DNA from: Mobula hypostoma
Lineage: Eukaryota
Direction of reading: 5' to 3'
NCBI RefSeq assembly: GCF_963921235.1
Contig: NC_086097.1
Location: 187,924,001 to 187,988,000, forward strand
Length of the DNA: 64,000 nt
Part shown: positions 51,501-61,929 of the stretch, in pieces
Numbering within the stretch: position 1 is the stretch's first letter
Layout of the letters: each line of letters starts with the position of its first letter
Notes under the pieces: generated by a model
What the model saw: only the letters and a program-made list of their open reading frames with translations
The model's database searches: none
What the model was told of the DNA's origin: nothing
Translations under genes and position numbers: made by a program

Positions 51501-51967
51501 CATGTTGTCCAAGAGCTGCTGTTACACACAGGTGATCACCACATCCCTTTTCTTTTCTGCAATTTATCGATTTGTCCTGTGGCTGCCATGAGGTGAGTTT
51601 CTCCAAATCTGACAATTTTCCCAGTAATCAGCACAACAAAGGATTGGTGATTGACAGATTTACCAGCAGGAATCACATAGCTCTAGTTTTGTTCTCTGTC
51701 AATAATTCACCAAAAAAGTGTTTATAACATATTATTGTCCATTTTCAAAATATTTTGCAGTGCATCTGCTTTGTTGTTAGCACGATAAGCAGTATACGAT
51801 TAACACACCAAAACAGGATAAAGGATAACTTCAACTTCTAGGCACTCGTCTTTGTATACTGGAGTTCTACAGCAACCCCCCACCCCACCTCCCTGGCAGC
51901 CATCCACAAAAGAGACCAGCAGAATCAACAAAGCTTGCGTAAAACTGTTCCATCAACGCATTTTGGA

Positions 51968-52465
51968 GTTAGAATCATAGAGTTATACTGTACAGAAACA
52001 GGTCTGTTGGCCCATCTCACCCGTAACAACCAAGTTGCTGAATTGAACTAGACTTGCTTGCCTATATTTGGTTCATACATTTCTGCATATTCGTGCAACT
52101 GCCTAAATACCTTTTATCTCCACTTCTACCACTGCCTCTGGTAGCTTGCTCCATATACTGATATCTTCTGTGTGAAATGGCTGCCCTTAGGTCACTTCCA
52201 AACATTTCCAGTCTCACTTGGAACCTATGCTTTCTAGTTTTGGACTTCCTTACCCTGGGGAAATTATTTTTCCTATTCATCTTATCTATGCCCCACCTGA
52301 TTTGATTATAAGGTCACCCCCAGCCTCCTTCCTTCTAGGGAAATAAATGTCAGCCTGTTCAGACTCTCCTTATATCCTAAGCCCTCTAGTCCTAGTAACA
52401 TGGCTCTTGCACCCTTTTCAGTTTAATTACATCCTTTGTAGAGCAGGGTGACCTGAACTGTAAGT
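51968..52465 (-). mobile_element. Decayed CR1 3' fragment
   Basis: Minus-strand NFPRVRKSKTRKHRFQVR and CR1 3' UTR. Confidence 0.7.
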
Positions 52466-52972
52466 GGAATTACAAATAAGACTTCTTGTACAGTCTGATT
52501 TCTGGAAAAGGTGGGAGATATTTTCAGTGATCCCAATCAAGATAGTTTGAGGAATCTACCTGTGTTTATCCAGAGGCGTTATTTATTCATAAAATGGCAA
52601 ATGCGCCACACAGGGCATTTTTATGTTACAGCAGAAGATATATTACTAACAAAATTCCCACATCAGTGTGACGTAAATTTTCCTTTCACAGACATTAAAT
52701 GAGTGGTAAGTCAAAGAGCTTTTCCCAAGGTATGAGGCACTTAGTGTACAGAGGAGGGAGCTGAAGTAATAGAGTTCCCATAATGGCAGTCTCAGCCTTT
52801 GGTTTGCCACTCAGCGTATAGTCCCTTGCCTTAGAATGTGCCAATTTGTAACATTTGAAGCTTTAAGCCCCTTGCAGAGAGAAACCAATGTGTTTTGCAA
52901 ATCTAAATGCAGTAGTTGATATTTTCATTAGTGAGCATCTCAGAAATGGCTTGTAGATGAAAGTTCTATAAG

Positions 52973-55679
52973 ACCATAAGACCATAAGACAAAGGAGCAG
53001 AAGTCCGCAATTTGGCCCATCGAGTCCGCTCCGCCATTTTATTATGAGCTGATCCACTCTCCCATTTAGTCCCACTCCCCCGCCTTCTCACCATAACCCT
53101 TGATGCCCTGGCTACTCAGATACCTATCAATCTCTGCCTTAAATACACCCAATAACTTAGCCTCCACTGCTGCCCGTGGCAACAAATTCCATAGATTCAT
53201 CACCCTCTGGCTAAAAAAATTTCTTTGCATCCCTGTTCTGAATGGACGCTCTTCAATCCTTAAGTCATGCCCTCTCATACTAGACTCCCCAACTATGAGA
53301 AACAATTTGCAACATCCACTCTGTCCATACCTTTCAACATACGAAATGTTTCTATGAGGTCCCCCCTCATTTTTCTAAACTCCAAGGAATACAGTCCAAG
53401 AGCAGACAAACGTTCCTCGTATGTTAACCCTCTCATTCCTGGAATCATTCTAGTGAATCTTCTCTGAACCCTCTCCAACATCAGCACATCCTTTCTTAAA
53501 TAAGGAGCCCAAAACTGCACACAGTATCTGAGTGAGGTCTTTCCAGCGCCTTAGAGCCTCAACATCACATCCCTGCTCCAATACACTATTCCTTTAGAAA
53601 TGAATGTCAACATTGCATTCACCTTCTTCCCACCAACTCAACCTGGAGGTTAACCTTAAGGGTATCCTGCACGAGGACTCCCAAGTCCCGTTGCATCTCA
53701 GAACTTTGAATTCTCTCCCCATCGGGAGGCGGGAGGAGAAGATGACAGCGCGCCTACAGCGCAGCCTTCATGTGAAAAATGATATTGTATCTGTTAAGTA
53801 GGGGCCATGGACAATTCTGATTTGATGGAGAATGGACATAAAAGCACAGAGGAACATCTGGAGAAATTTCTGAAACTCCCGTCCGCTGCTGTCATTACTG
53901 TGTGGTCGGGAATCTTTCGGAGGGTAGGCCTCAAAATCCCCGGCCTTGTCTGCTTTTGGCGACCAAGAAGGAAGTCGAATCATTCGGACAGAGTTGCCGC
54001 TCAGTACTTGGTGTCGGAGAGCTGATCAGAGCTCGAAGTTTTCAGATGACTCAAAGTCGGATTGTGGTCGGTATGGCAGGGAGAGTTTTTTCTTCCTTCT
54101 CCCATCTGTGTGAGATGTGGGACATTTGAGAAACTTTGAACTTTACCGTGCTCATGGACTTCTTCATCAAGTTATGATATTGTTACACTGTTTGTAACTA
54201 TATGTTATAATTATGTGGTTTTGTCAGTTTTTTCAGTCTTGGTTTGTCCTGTGTTTTGTGATATCACACCGGAGGAAATAATGTATCATTTCTCAATGCA
54301 TGCATTACTAGATGACAATAAAAGAGGACTACGTGTCTTCATAATCATTTAAATAATAGTCTGCCCATTTATTTCTTCTGCCAAAATGCATAACCATACA
54401 CTTTCCAACACTGTATTTCATTTATCACTTCTTTGCCCATTCTTCCAATCTATCCAAGTCTCTCTGCAGACTCTCTGTTTCCTCAGCACTACCGGACCCT
54501 CCACCTATCTTTGTATCATCAGCAAACTTAGCCACAAAGCCATCTATTCCATAATCCAAATCGTTGATGTACAATGTAAAAAAAAGTGGCCCCAACATGA
54601 ACCCCTGCAGAACACCACTGGTAACCAGCAGCCAACCAGAATAGGATCCCTTTATTCCCACTCTCTGTTTCCTGCCAATCAGCCAACGCTCTATCCATGT
54701 ATGTAACTTTCCTGTAATTCCATGGGCTCTTATCTTGTTAAACAGCCTCATGTGTGGCTCCTTGTCAACGGCTTTCTGAAAATCCAAATATACAACATCC
54801 ACGGCATCTTCCTTGTCTAGCCTACTGGTAATTTCCTCAAAAAATTGCAATAGGTTTGTCAGGCAGGATTTTCCTTTAAAAAAAAACCATGCTGAGTTCT
54901 GCCTATCTTGTCATATGCCTCCAGGTACACTGTAACCTCATCCTTGACAATCGACTCCAACAATTTCCCAACCACCGATGTCAAGCTAACAGGTCGATAG
55001 TTTCCTTTTTGCTTCCTTGCCACCTTCTTAAATAGCAGAGTGACATTTGCAATCTCCAGTCCTCCAGAACCATGCCAGAATCTATTGACTCCGCAATCTT
55101 CACAGCTACTTCCTTCAGAACACGAGGGTGCATTCCATCTGGTCTGGGAGATTTATCTACCCTTAGACTATTCAGTTTCCTGAATACTTTCTCTGTCGTA
55201 ATTGTGACTGCGCACACTTCTCTTCCCCGACACCCTTGAATGTCCGATATACTGCTCCAGCATCACTTTCTATCGGTCCTATATCTACTGTCACCTGTCT
55301 TTTACTCTTTATATACTTGAAAAAGCTTTTAGTATCCTCTTTGATATTATTTGCTAGCTTCCTTTCATAGTTCATCTTTTCCCTCTTAATGACCTTCTTA
55401 GTTTCCTTTTGTAAGCTTTTGAAAACTTCCCAATCCTCTGTCTACCCACTAATTTTTGCTTCTTTGTATGCCCTCTCCTTTGCTTTAACTCTGGCTTTGA
55501 CTTCTCCTGTCAGCCACGGCTGCATCCTTTTTCCATTAGAAAATTCCTTCTTTTTTGGAATATATCTGTCTTGCACCTTCCTCACTTCTCGCATAATCTC
55601 CAGCCACTGCTGCTCTACTGTCCTTCCTGCCAGTGTCTCTTTCCAGTCAGCTCTGGCCAGTTCCTCTCTCATGCCACTG
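52973..55679 (-). mobile_element. 5'-truncated CR1, same subfamily as 30755-34387, with an internal insertion
   Basis: Near-identical stretches to 30755-32942. (CTTATGGT)n tail. TSD TATAAG (52967-52972, 55680-55685). Confidence 0.95.
53723..54345 (+). mobile_element. Non-autonomous retroposon inserted into CR1
   Basis: Absent from the paralogous CR1 at 31505. Head GGGAGGCGGGAGGAGAAGATGACAGCG, tail ...ATGACAATAAAAG. 3-bp duplication CAT. Confidence 0.8.
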
Positions 55680-55859
55680 TATAAGTCAAAGACAGTTGTG
55701 AATGGACCTTAATATACAATATTGCCTCGCTTTAGAGATTTTTTTTGCTCAAAAACACAATACAAGAGAAGATGAATTATGGCTTCATCCACTGCTTCAA
55801 AAGCAAAGTATGTTGGCACTAAGTCTCTGCAAATTTCTACAGATGAACCTTGGAAAGCA

Positions 55860-58110
55860 TTCAAACTGGTTGCATTATTGTTTTGTATGGAGTGGCCACA
55901 ACACAGGATCGGAAAAAAGTTACAGGAGGGATGTAAACTTAGCCAGCTCCATCATGGGCACCAGCCTCTCCACCTTCAAGAATATCTTCAAATGGTGATG
56001 CCTGATAAAGTTGGTATCCATCACCAAGAACACCCACCACCCAGGACATGCCTTCTTCTCATTGCTACCATCAGATTTCTGAATGAACAATGAATTCATG
56101 AACACTAACTCTCTATTTTTGCTCTATTTTTGTTCTACGTGTTTAATTTTATATATTTCTTATTGTAATTTATAGTATACTTTATGTATTGTACTGAACT
56201 GCTTGCTACAAAACAACAAAGCTCATGACTGTAAAAGCTTTCATAGATATGTAAAAAGGAAAAGACTGGTAAAGACAAATGTAGGTCCCCTGCAGACAGA
56301 AACAGGTGAATTGATTATGGGGAGCAAGGACATGGCAGATCAATTGAATAATTACTTTGGTTCTGTCTTCACTAAGGAGGACATAAATAATCTTCCAGAA
56401 ATAGTAGGGGACAGAAGGTCCAGTGAGATGGAGGAACTGAGTGAAACACATGTTAGTAGGGAAGTGGTGTTAGGTAAATTGAAGGGATTAAAGGCAGATA
56501 AATCCCCAGGGCCAGATGGTCTGCATCCCAGAGTGCTTAAGGAAGTAGCCCAAGAAATAGTGGATGCATTAGTGATAATTTTTCAAAACTCGTTAGATTC
56601 TGGACTAGTTCCTGAGGATTGGAGGGTGGCTAATGTAACCCCACTTTTTAAAAAAAGGAGGGAGAGAGAAACAGGGGAATTATAGACCGGTTAGCCTAAC
56701 GTCGGTGGTGGGGAAACTGCTGGAGTCAGTTATCAAAGATGTGATAACAGCACATTTGGAAAGCGGTGAAATCATCGGACAAAGTCAGAATGGATTTGTG
56801 AAAGGAAAATCATGTCTGATGAATCTCATAGAATTTTTTGAGGATGTAACTAGTAGAGTGGATGGGGAGAACCAGTGGATGTGGTATATTTGGATTTTCA
56901 AAAGGCTTTTGACAAGGTCCCACACAGGAGATTAGTGTGCAAACTTAAAGCACACGGTATTGGGGGTAAGGTATTGATGTGGATAGAGAATTGGTTAGCA
57001 GACAGGAAGCAAAGAGTGGGAATAAATGGGACCTTTTCAGAATGGCAGGCGGTGACTAGTGGGGTACCGCAAGGCTCAGTGCTGGGACCCCAGTTGTTTA
57101 CAATATATATTAATGACTTGGATGAGGGAATTAAATTTGCGGATGATACGAAGCTGGGCGGCAGTGTTAGCTGTGAGGAGGATGCTAAGAGGATGCAGGG
57201 TGACTTGGATAGGTTGGGTGAGTGGGCAAATTCATGGCAGATGCAATTTAATGTGGATAAATGTGAAGTTATCCACTTTGGTGTCAAAAATAGGAAAACA
57301 GATTATTATCTGAATGGTGGCCGATTAGGAAAAGGGGAGGTGCAACGAGACCTGGGTGTCATTATACACCAGTCATTGAAAGTGGGCATGCAGGTACAGC
57401 AGGTGGTGAAAAAGACGAATGGTATGCTGGCATTTATAGCAAGAGGATTCGAGTACAGGAGCAGGGAGGTACTACTGTGGTTGTACAAGGCCTTGGTGAG
57501 ATCACACCTGGAGTATTGTGTGCAGTTTTGGTCCCCTAATCTGAGGAAAGACATCCTTGCCATAGAGGGAGTACAAAGAAGGTTCACCAGATTGATTCCT
57601 GGGATGGCAGGACTTTCATATGAAGAAAGACTGGATGAACTAGGCTTGTACTCGTTGGAATTTAGAAGATTGAGGGGGGATCTGATTGAAACGTATAAAA
57701 TCCTAAAGGGATTGGACAGGCTAGATGCAGGAAGATTGTTCCCGATGTTGAGGAAGTCCAGAACGAGGGGTCACAGTTTGAGGATAAAGGCGAAGCCTTT
57801 TAGGACTGCGATTAGGAAAAACTTCTTCACACAGAGAGTGGTGAATCTGTGGAATTCTCTGCCACAGGAAACAGTTGAGGCCAGTTCATTGGCTATATTT
57901 AAGAGGGAGTTAGATATGGCCCTTGTGGCTAGGGGGATCAGAGTGTATGGAGGGAAGGCTGGTGCAGGGTTCTGAGTTGGATGATCAGCCATGATCATAA
58001 TAAATGGCGGTGCAGGCTCGAAGGGCCAAATGGCCTACTCCTGCACCTATTTTCTATGTTTTCTATGACATATGTCAATGATATTAAACCGGATTCTGAT
58101 CCTGACTGTG
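55860..58110 (+). mobile_element. Rex1-like 3' remnant whose tail is split by a CR1 insertion
   Basis: UTR AAAACAACAAAGCTCATGAC resumes as ATGACATATGTCAATGATATTAAACCGGATTCTGA at 58065. Confidence 0.7.
56230..58064 (+). mobile_element. Young 5'-truncated CR1 (ORF2 RT region, two frameshifts)
   Basis: SPGPDGLHPRVLKE and a 366-aa RT ORF (56875-57975). (TTTCTATG)n tail. TSD ATGAC (56225-56229, 58065-58069). Confidence 0.95.
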
Positions 58111-58569
58111 AAACAAGATTCTGTCAAGGAGAATCTTTCTTTCTACCAGCCAGGCCAGGTATTGGTGATCCTTTGAAAATGCTAATAATGAAAATTTCTG
58201 CCAAATTATATTTGCTGTCCTTTTAGGGAACTGTCTGGCAGAATCCATTACTACCTTTTCTTCCCTAAAGGACTTTGTGGACTTTTTTTTAAGATCATTG
58301 CCTGATTGACTTGTGGTCTAAGGTATTCAACTGCATAAATTTTCTATAAGGGACAGATGATGTGCCCTAAAGAAATATTCTTCAGTGACATGGCCTGTCC
58401 CATCATCTACAGTACTGGGAAATGATAGAATGGCAGTATGTGAGGTTTGTGTGCCAGGGTGTATGCAGAACTTGATGCTACCATACGCAAAAGCATCTCC
58501 AGAGTGAGAGTCACATTTTCCTGGAAACCTGCAACACAATCCTCTTTCAAGTTCTTTCAGAATGCATGA

Positions 58570-59280
58570 AGGGAGTTCTGTTCCCACAATCTCACTGGCT
58601 CTCCAATCAGGTTTGGACAACAGCAATAACTGCACCAGGCTGCTGTTTATTGATTTCAGTTCAGGTCATCACCATCATCCCTTCAATACAAATCAACAAG
58701 CTTCAGAATCTGAGCCTCTGTACCTTCCTCTGCAACAGGATCCTTAACTTCCTCAACAGGTGACTACAATCAGTACAGATTGGTAATGACATCTCCTCTT
58801 CACTGACAATTAACACAAGCACACCTCAAGGATGTGTGCTTAGCCCACTGCTCTATTCTCTCTTAACTCAGGACTGTGGGGCTAGGCACAGCTCAAAGTG
58901 CATCTATGTTTTTGGCAGAACCCCAGACTAGCTGGTTGAGTGATATTACAATAACAAACTTGCACTCAGTATCAGAAAGACTAAGGAATTAATTGTGAAC
59001 TTCAGGAATGGGAAATATGGAAAATGACACACCTGTCCTCACTGAGGGGTCACCAGTGGAAAGGGCAAGCAGCTTCAAGTCCCTGGACTCCGAGGATCGA
59101 GTCCAAAATTTTGGTGAAATCACAAACTAGGCTATTTTCAACAGGAGTCTGAGGAGATTTAGTATGTCACAAAGACTCTTGGAAATGCCTTAAGATGTAC
59201 CATGGAGAGCATTCTGTCTTGTTGCATCATTGCCAGATGTGGAGGCTCCAATGTGCTGAACTGAAAGAGGTTTGCAGGGT
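58570..59280 (+). mobile_element. Decayed Rex1/Babar RT fragment
   Basis: RLLFIDFSS and [19 protein letters not shown] peptides. Confidence 0.8.
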
Positions 59281-59579
59281 TGTAAGATGATAAGACCACA
59301 AGACAGAGGAGCAGATTTAGGCCATTCAGTCTATTTGAATCTGTTCCGCTATTTCATCATGGCTGTTCCATTTTTGCTCCACCATTTCATCATGGCTGAT
59401 CCATTTTTCCATCAGCCCAGCCAAATCGAGAGCAAGAGATGAGGCAAATCATAGGTTCTTGAGTGAGATTTAAAAAGTAGCTCTCATGGGCTTTCAACAT
59501 TTTCCAGTGGCCCCATCAAATCACAATTCATTAGCAAGGGCAAATAAAAATAAGGCAAGGACAAGTGGAGTGGCCATTG

Positions 59580-60926
59580 TGTGAGTGGACTAGTGTTGGA
59601 GTGGAGAGGTTTGGGTGAGGTAAGTATCTGATAAGTTTCTACTTCTTCATTCTTCATCTTATATTCCTCGCCTGTTCATACATAGATAGAGCAGTGAGGA
59701 TGGATCCAGGGGCTGTCTTGTGTGCTTTGTGTGAGATGTGGAAAGTCTGGGAGATCTCCAGCTTCCCAGATAATCACATCTGCACCAGGTGCACCCAGCT
59801 GCAGCTCCTCAGAGAACATGTTAAGGAACTGGAGCTGCAGCTCGTTGACCTTTGGTTCATACAGGAACCTGAGAAGGCGATAGACAGGAGATACAGCTGT
59901 AGGAGGCAGGATAACTGTTAGGTGAGGGAAGGGGAATAAGCAACCATTGCAGAGTACCCCTGTGGCCGTTCCCCTCAATAATAAGTATACTGCTTTGGAT
60001 ACTGTTGGGAGGGACAACCTACTGGGGAAAAAAACAGCAATTGGCTCTCTGGCACAGAGTCTGGTGATTTGGCTCATTAGAGAAAGGGAGAAGAAGAGGA
60101 CTGCAGTAGTGATAGGGGATTCCATAGTTAGAGAAATAGACACAAGATTCTGTGAACATAATAGAGACACCCAGATGGTCTGTTGCCTGCCAGGTGCCAG
60201 AGCCAGGTATGACTCTGATTGAGTCCACGTCATTCTAAAGAGGGCGGGTGAGCAGCCAAAAGTCTCAGTACATATTGGTGTCAATGACATAGGTAGAAAA
60301 AGGGAAGAAGTCCTGATGAGAGAATTTAGGGAGCTAGATAGAAAGCTGAAAAGCAGAACCTCCAGGGTAGTAATCTCTGAATTGCTGCCTATGCCACGAA
60401 CCAATGAGAGTAAGAATAGGATGACTTGGCAGATGAATGAGTGGCTGAGGATCTAGAGCAGGTGACAGGGATTCAGATTTCTGGATCATTGGGATCTCTT
60501 CTGTACAAAAGGGGCGGATTACACCTGAACTCAAGAGGGACCAATATCCTTGAGGTCAGGTTCTCTGGAGCTGTAGGAGGGTTTAAGTTAATTTGGTAGG
60601 GGGATGTGAAGCCAAGTGATAAGGCTGAGGATGGGGCAATAGATATTCAAGCAGAGACAGTGTGTAGTGAGACTGTCAGGAAGAACAGGTAGATGATAGG
60701 CCAAAATTGCAGTTAGTGCAGTGTAACAGGGAGAGAAAATCATAAAGTATGATGAATATAGGGCTAAAGGTGTTATATTTGAATGCATCCAGTATATGAA
60801 ATATGGTAGATGATCTTGTATCATAGTTAGAGATTGGCAAGTATGACATTACAGGTATCACTGATTCATGGCTGAAAGAAGGTTATAGTCGGGAGGCTAC
60901 CATCCAAGGATATACATAAAGGACAG
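59580..60926 (+). mobile_element. CR1 5' portion (ORF1 Zn finger/leucine zipper plus SGNH esterase, ORF2 start) cut by a Gypsy insertion
   Basis: CALCEMW...CTRCTQLQLLREHVKELELQL, AVVIGDSIVR, VCCLPGAR, KVLYLNASS. Confidence 0.88.
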
Positions 60927-61800
60927 TGTTACATACCCCATGGATATCTTGTGACTGTCATCGCAGCATGAGGTAATGGTCTTGCAGAGATCACATGATG
61001 TAATTTTCCTGCCAGTGTGAGGACACATGATGACCTGTTCTCAACAGGTAAAAAGGAGACCCCTAGTGTGACGCAGTTAGTTTGTAGTTTAGTTTTGTGT
61101 TAGTTCGTCAGTTACTCCATTATACTGCATATTTGTCATGACGTAGTTTTGTTTTAAAATGGAGTTTTCCTTTCTATTTTAAGGTGCAAAGATTGGTGCT
61201 GGCAGTTTCGCCAATTGCTGCCAGGTTTGTGTGTTGCATCTATAATTTTCCCTTTTCAGTAGTATTGGAGAGTGAAGACTTTATTAAAGGACGGGAACCT
61301 GAAGGATCAGAATAAAGTTGGAGTCGTTCGGCGGCTTTATAAAGGATCGACCTTATTGAGGATTCATTCATAATATAGTGACCTGTATCCGAGATAATTC
61401 CTGCAAGAGCGGGAAGTTGTGCAGTGTTCACTCGCCAGGTAAAGGTCAGTTCCTTTAAGCCGTATTATTTCCTTCGTCGTGAACCTTTTGGAGAATCAGC
61501 AGTAACATCACATCTTCGAAGAAATCCGTTTCCAGAGAAGTCTCTCCTTATTGACTGTGTGAATCACTTGGATTTTCGAATTTACCATTTTAAGACTGGG
61601 TTCGAATTTACCACTTTAAGAACTGTTTTTGCATTTACCCTTTTAAGAACTGTTCCAGAGTTGCCATATAGCAGTTAACTTCCAGTTATGTTAGTTATTT
61701 GAATACTTTTTGCTATTTGTTAAGCAGGGTTTAATGAATGTTCGTTTGTTTTTATGAAACCTGCCTCAATTGATAATTCATTGTTGCTGGTCACGTGACA
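60927..61800 (+). repeat. 5' LTR (874 bp)
   Basis: TGTTACAT...ACGTGACA termini, directly followed by a PBS. Three internal repeats of about 27 bp at 61575-61654. Confidence 0.9.
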
Positions 61801-61805
61801 TAAAC

Positions 61806-61823
61806 TGGGGGCTCGTCCGGGAT
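61806..61823 (+). promoter_or_regulatory. Primer-binding site complementary to the tRNA-Pro 3' end
   Basis: TGGGGGCTCGTCCGGGAT, the same 18-mer as the established MLV PBS-Pro, 5 nt after the LTR. Confidence 0.95.
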
Positions 61824-61929
61824 TGTTCCAATTTTGATCTTAAGTGCTTGTTTAATTAACAATCTGATTTGGAAAAGGAAAATACCCGATTCTTTTGTTT
61901 GATTGGTCTGTGGGTGGTATTCAGCAGCA

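Noticed and set aside
1728..61800. The two LTRs as ends of one giant element
   Set aside because: The sequences are unrelated, and the first follows a PPT (3' LTR) while the second precedes a PBS (5' LTR).
61806..61823. Gammaretroviral ERV suggested by the Pro PBS
   Set aside because: Downstream gag/protease/integrase order and motifs are Gmr1-type Gypsy, not retroviral.
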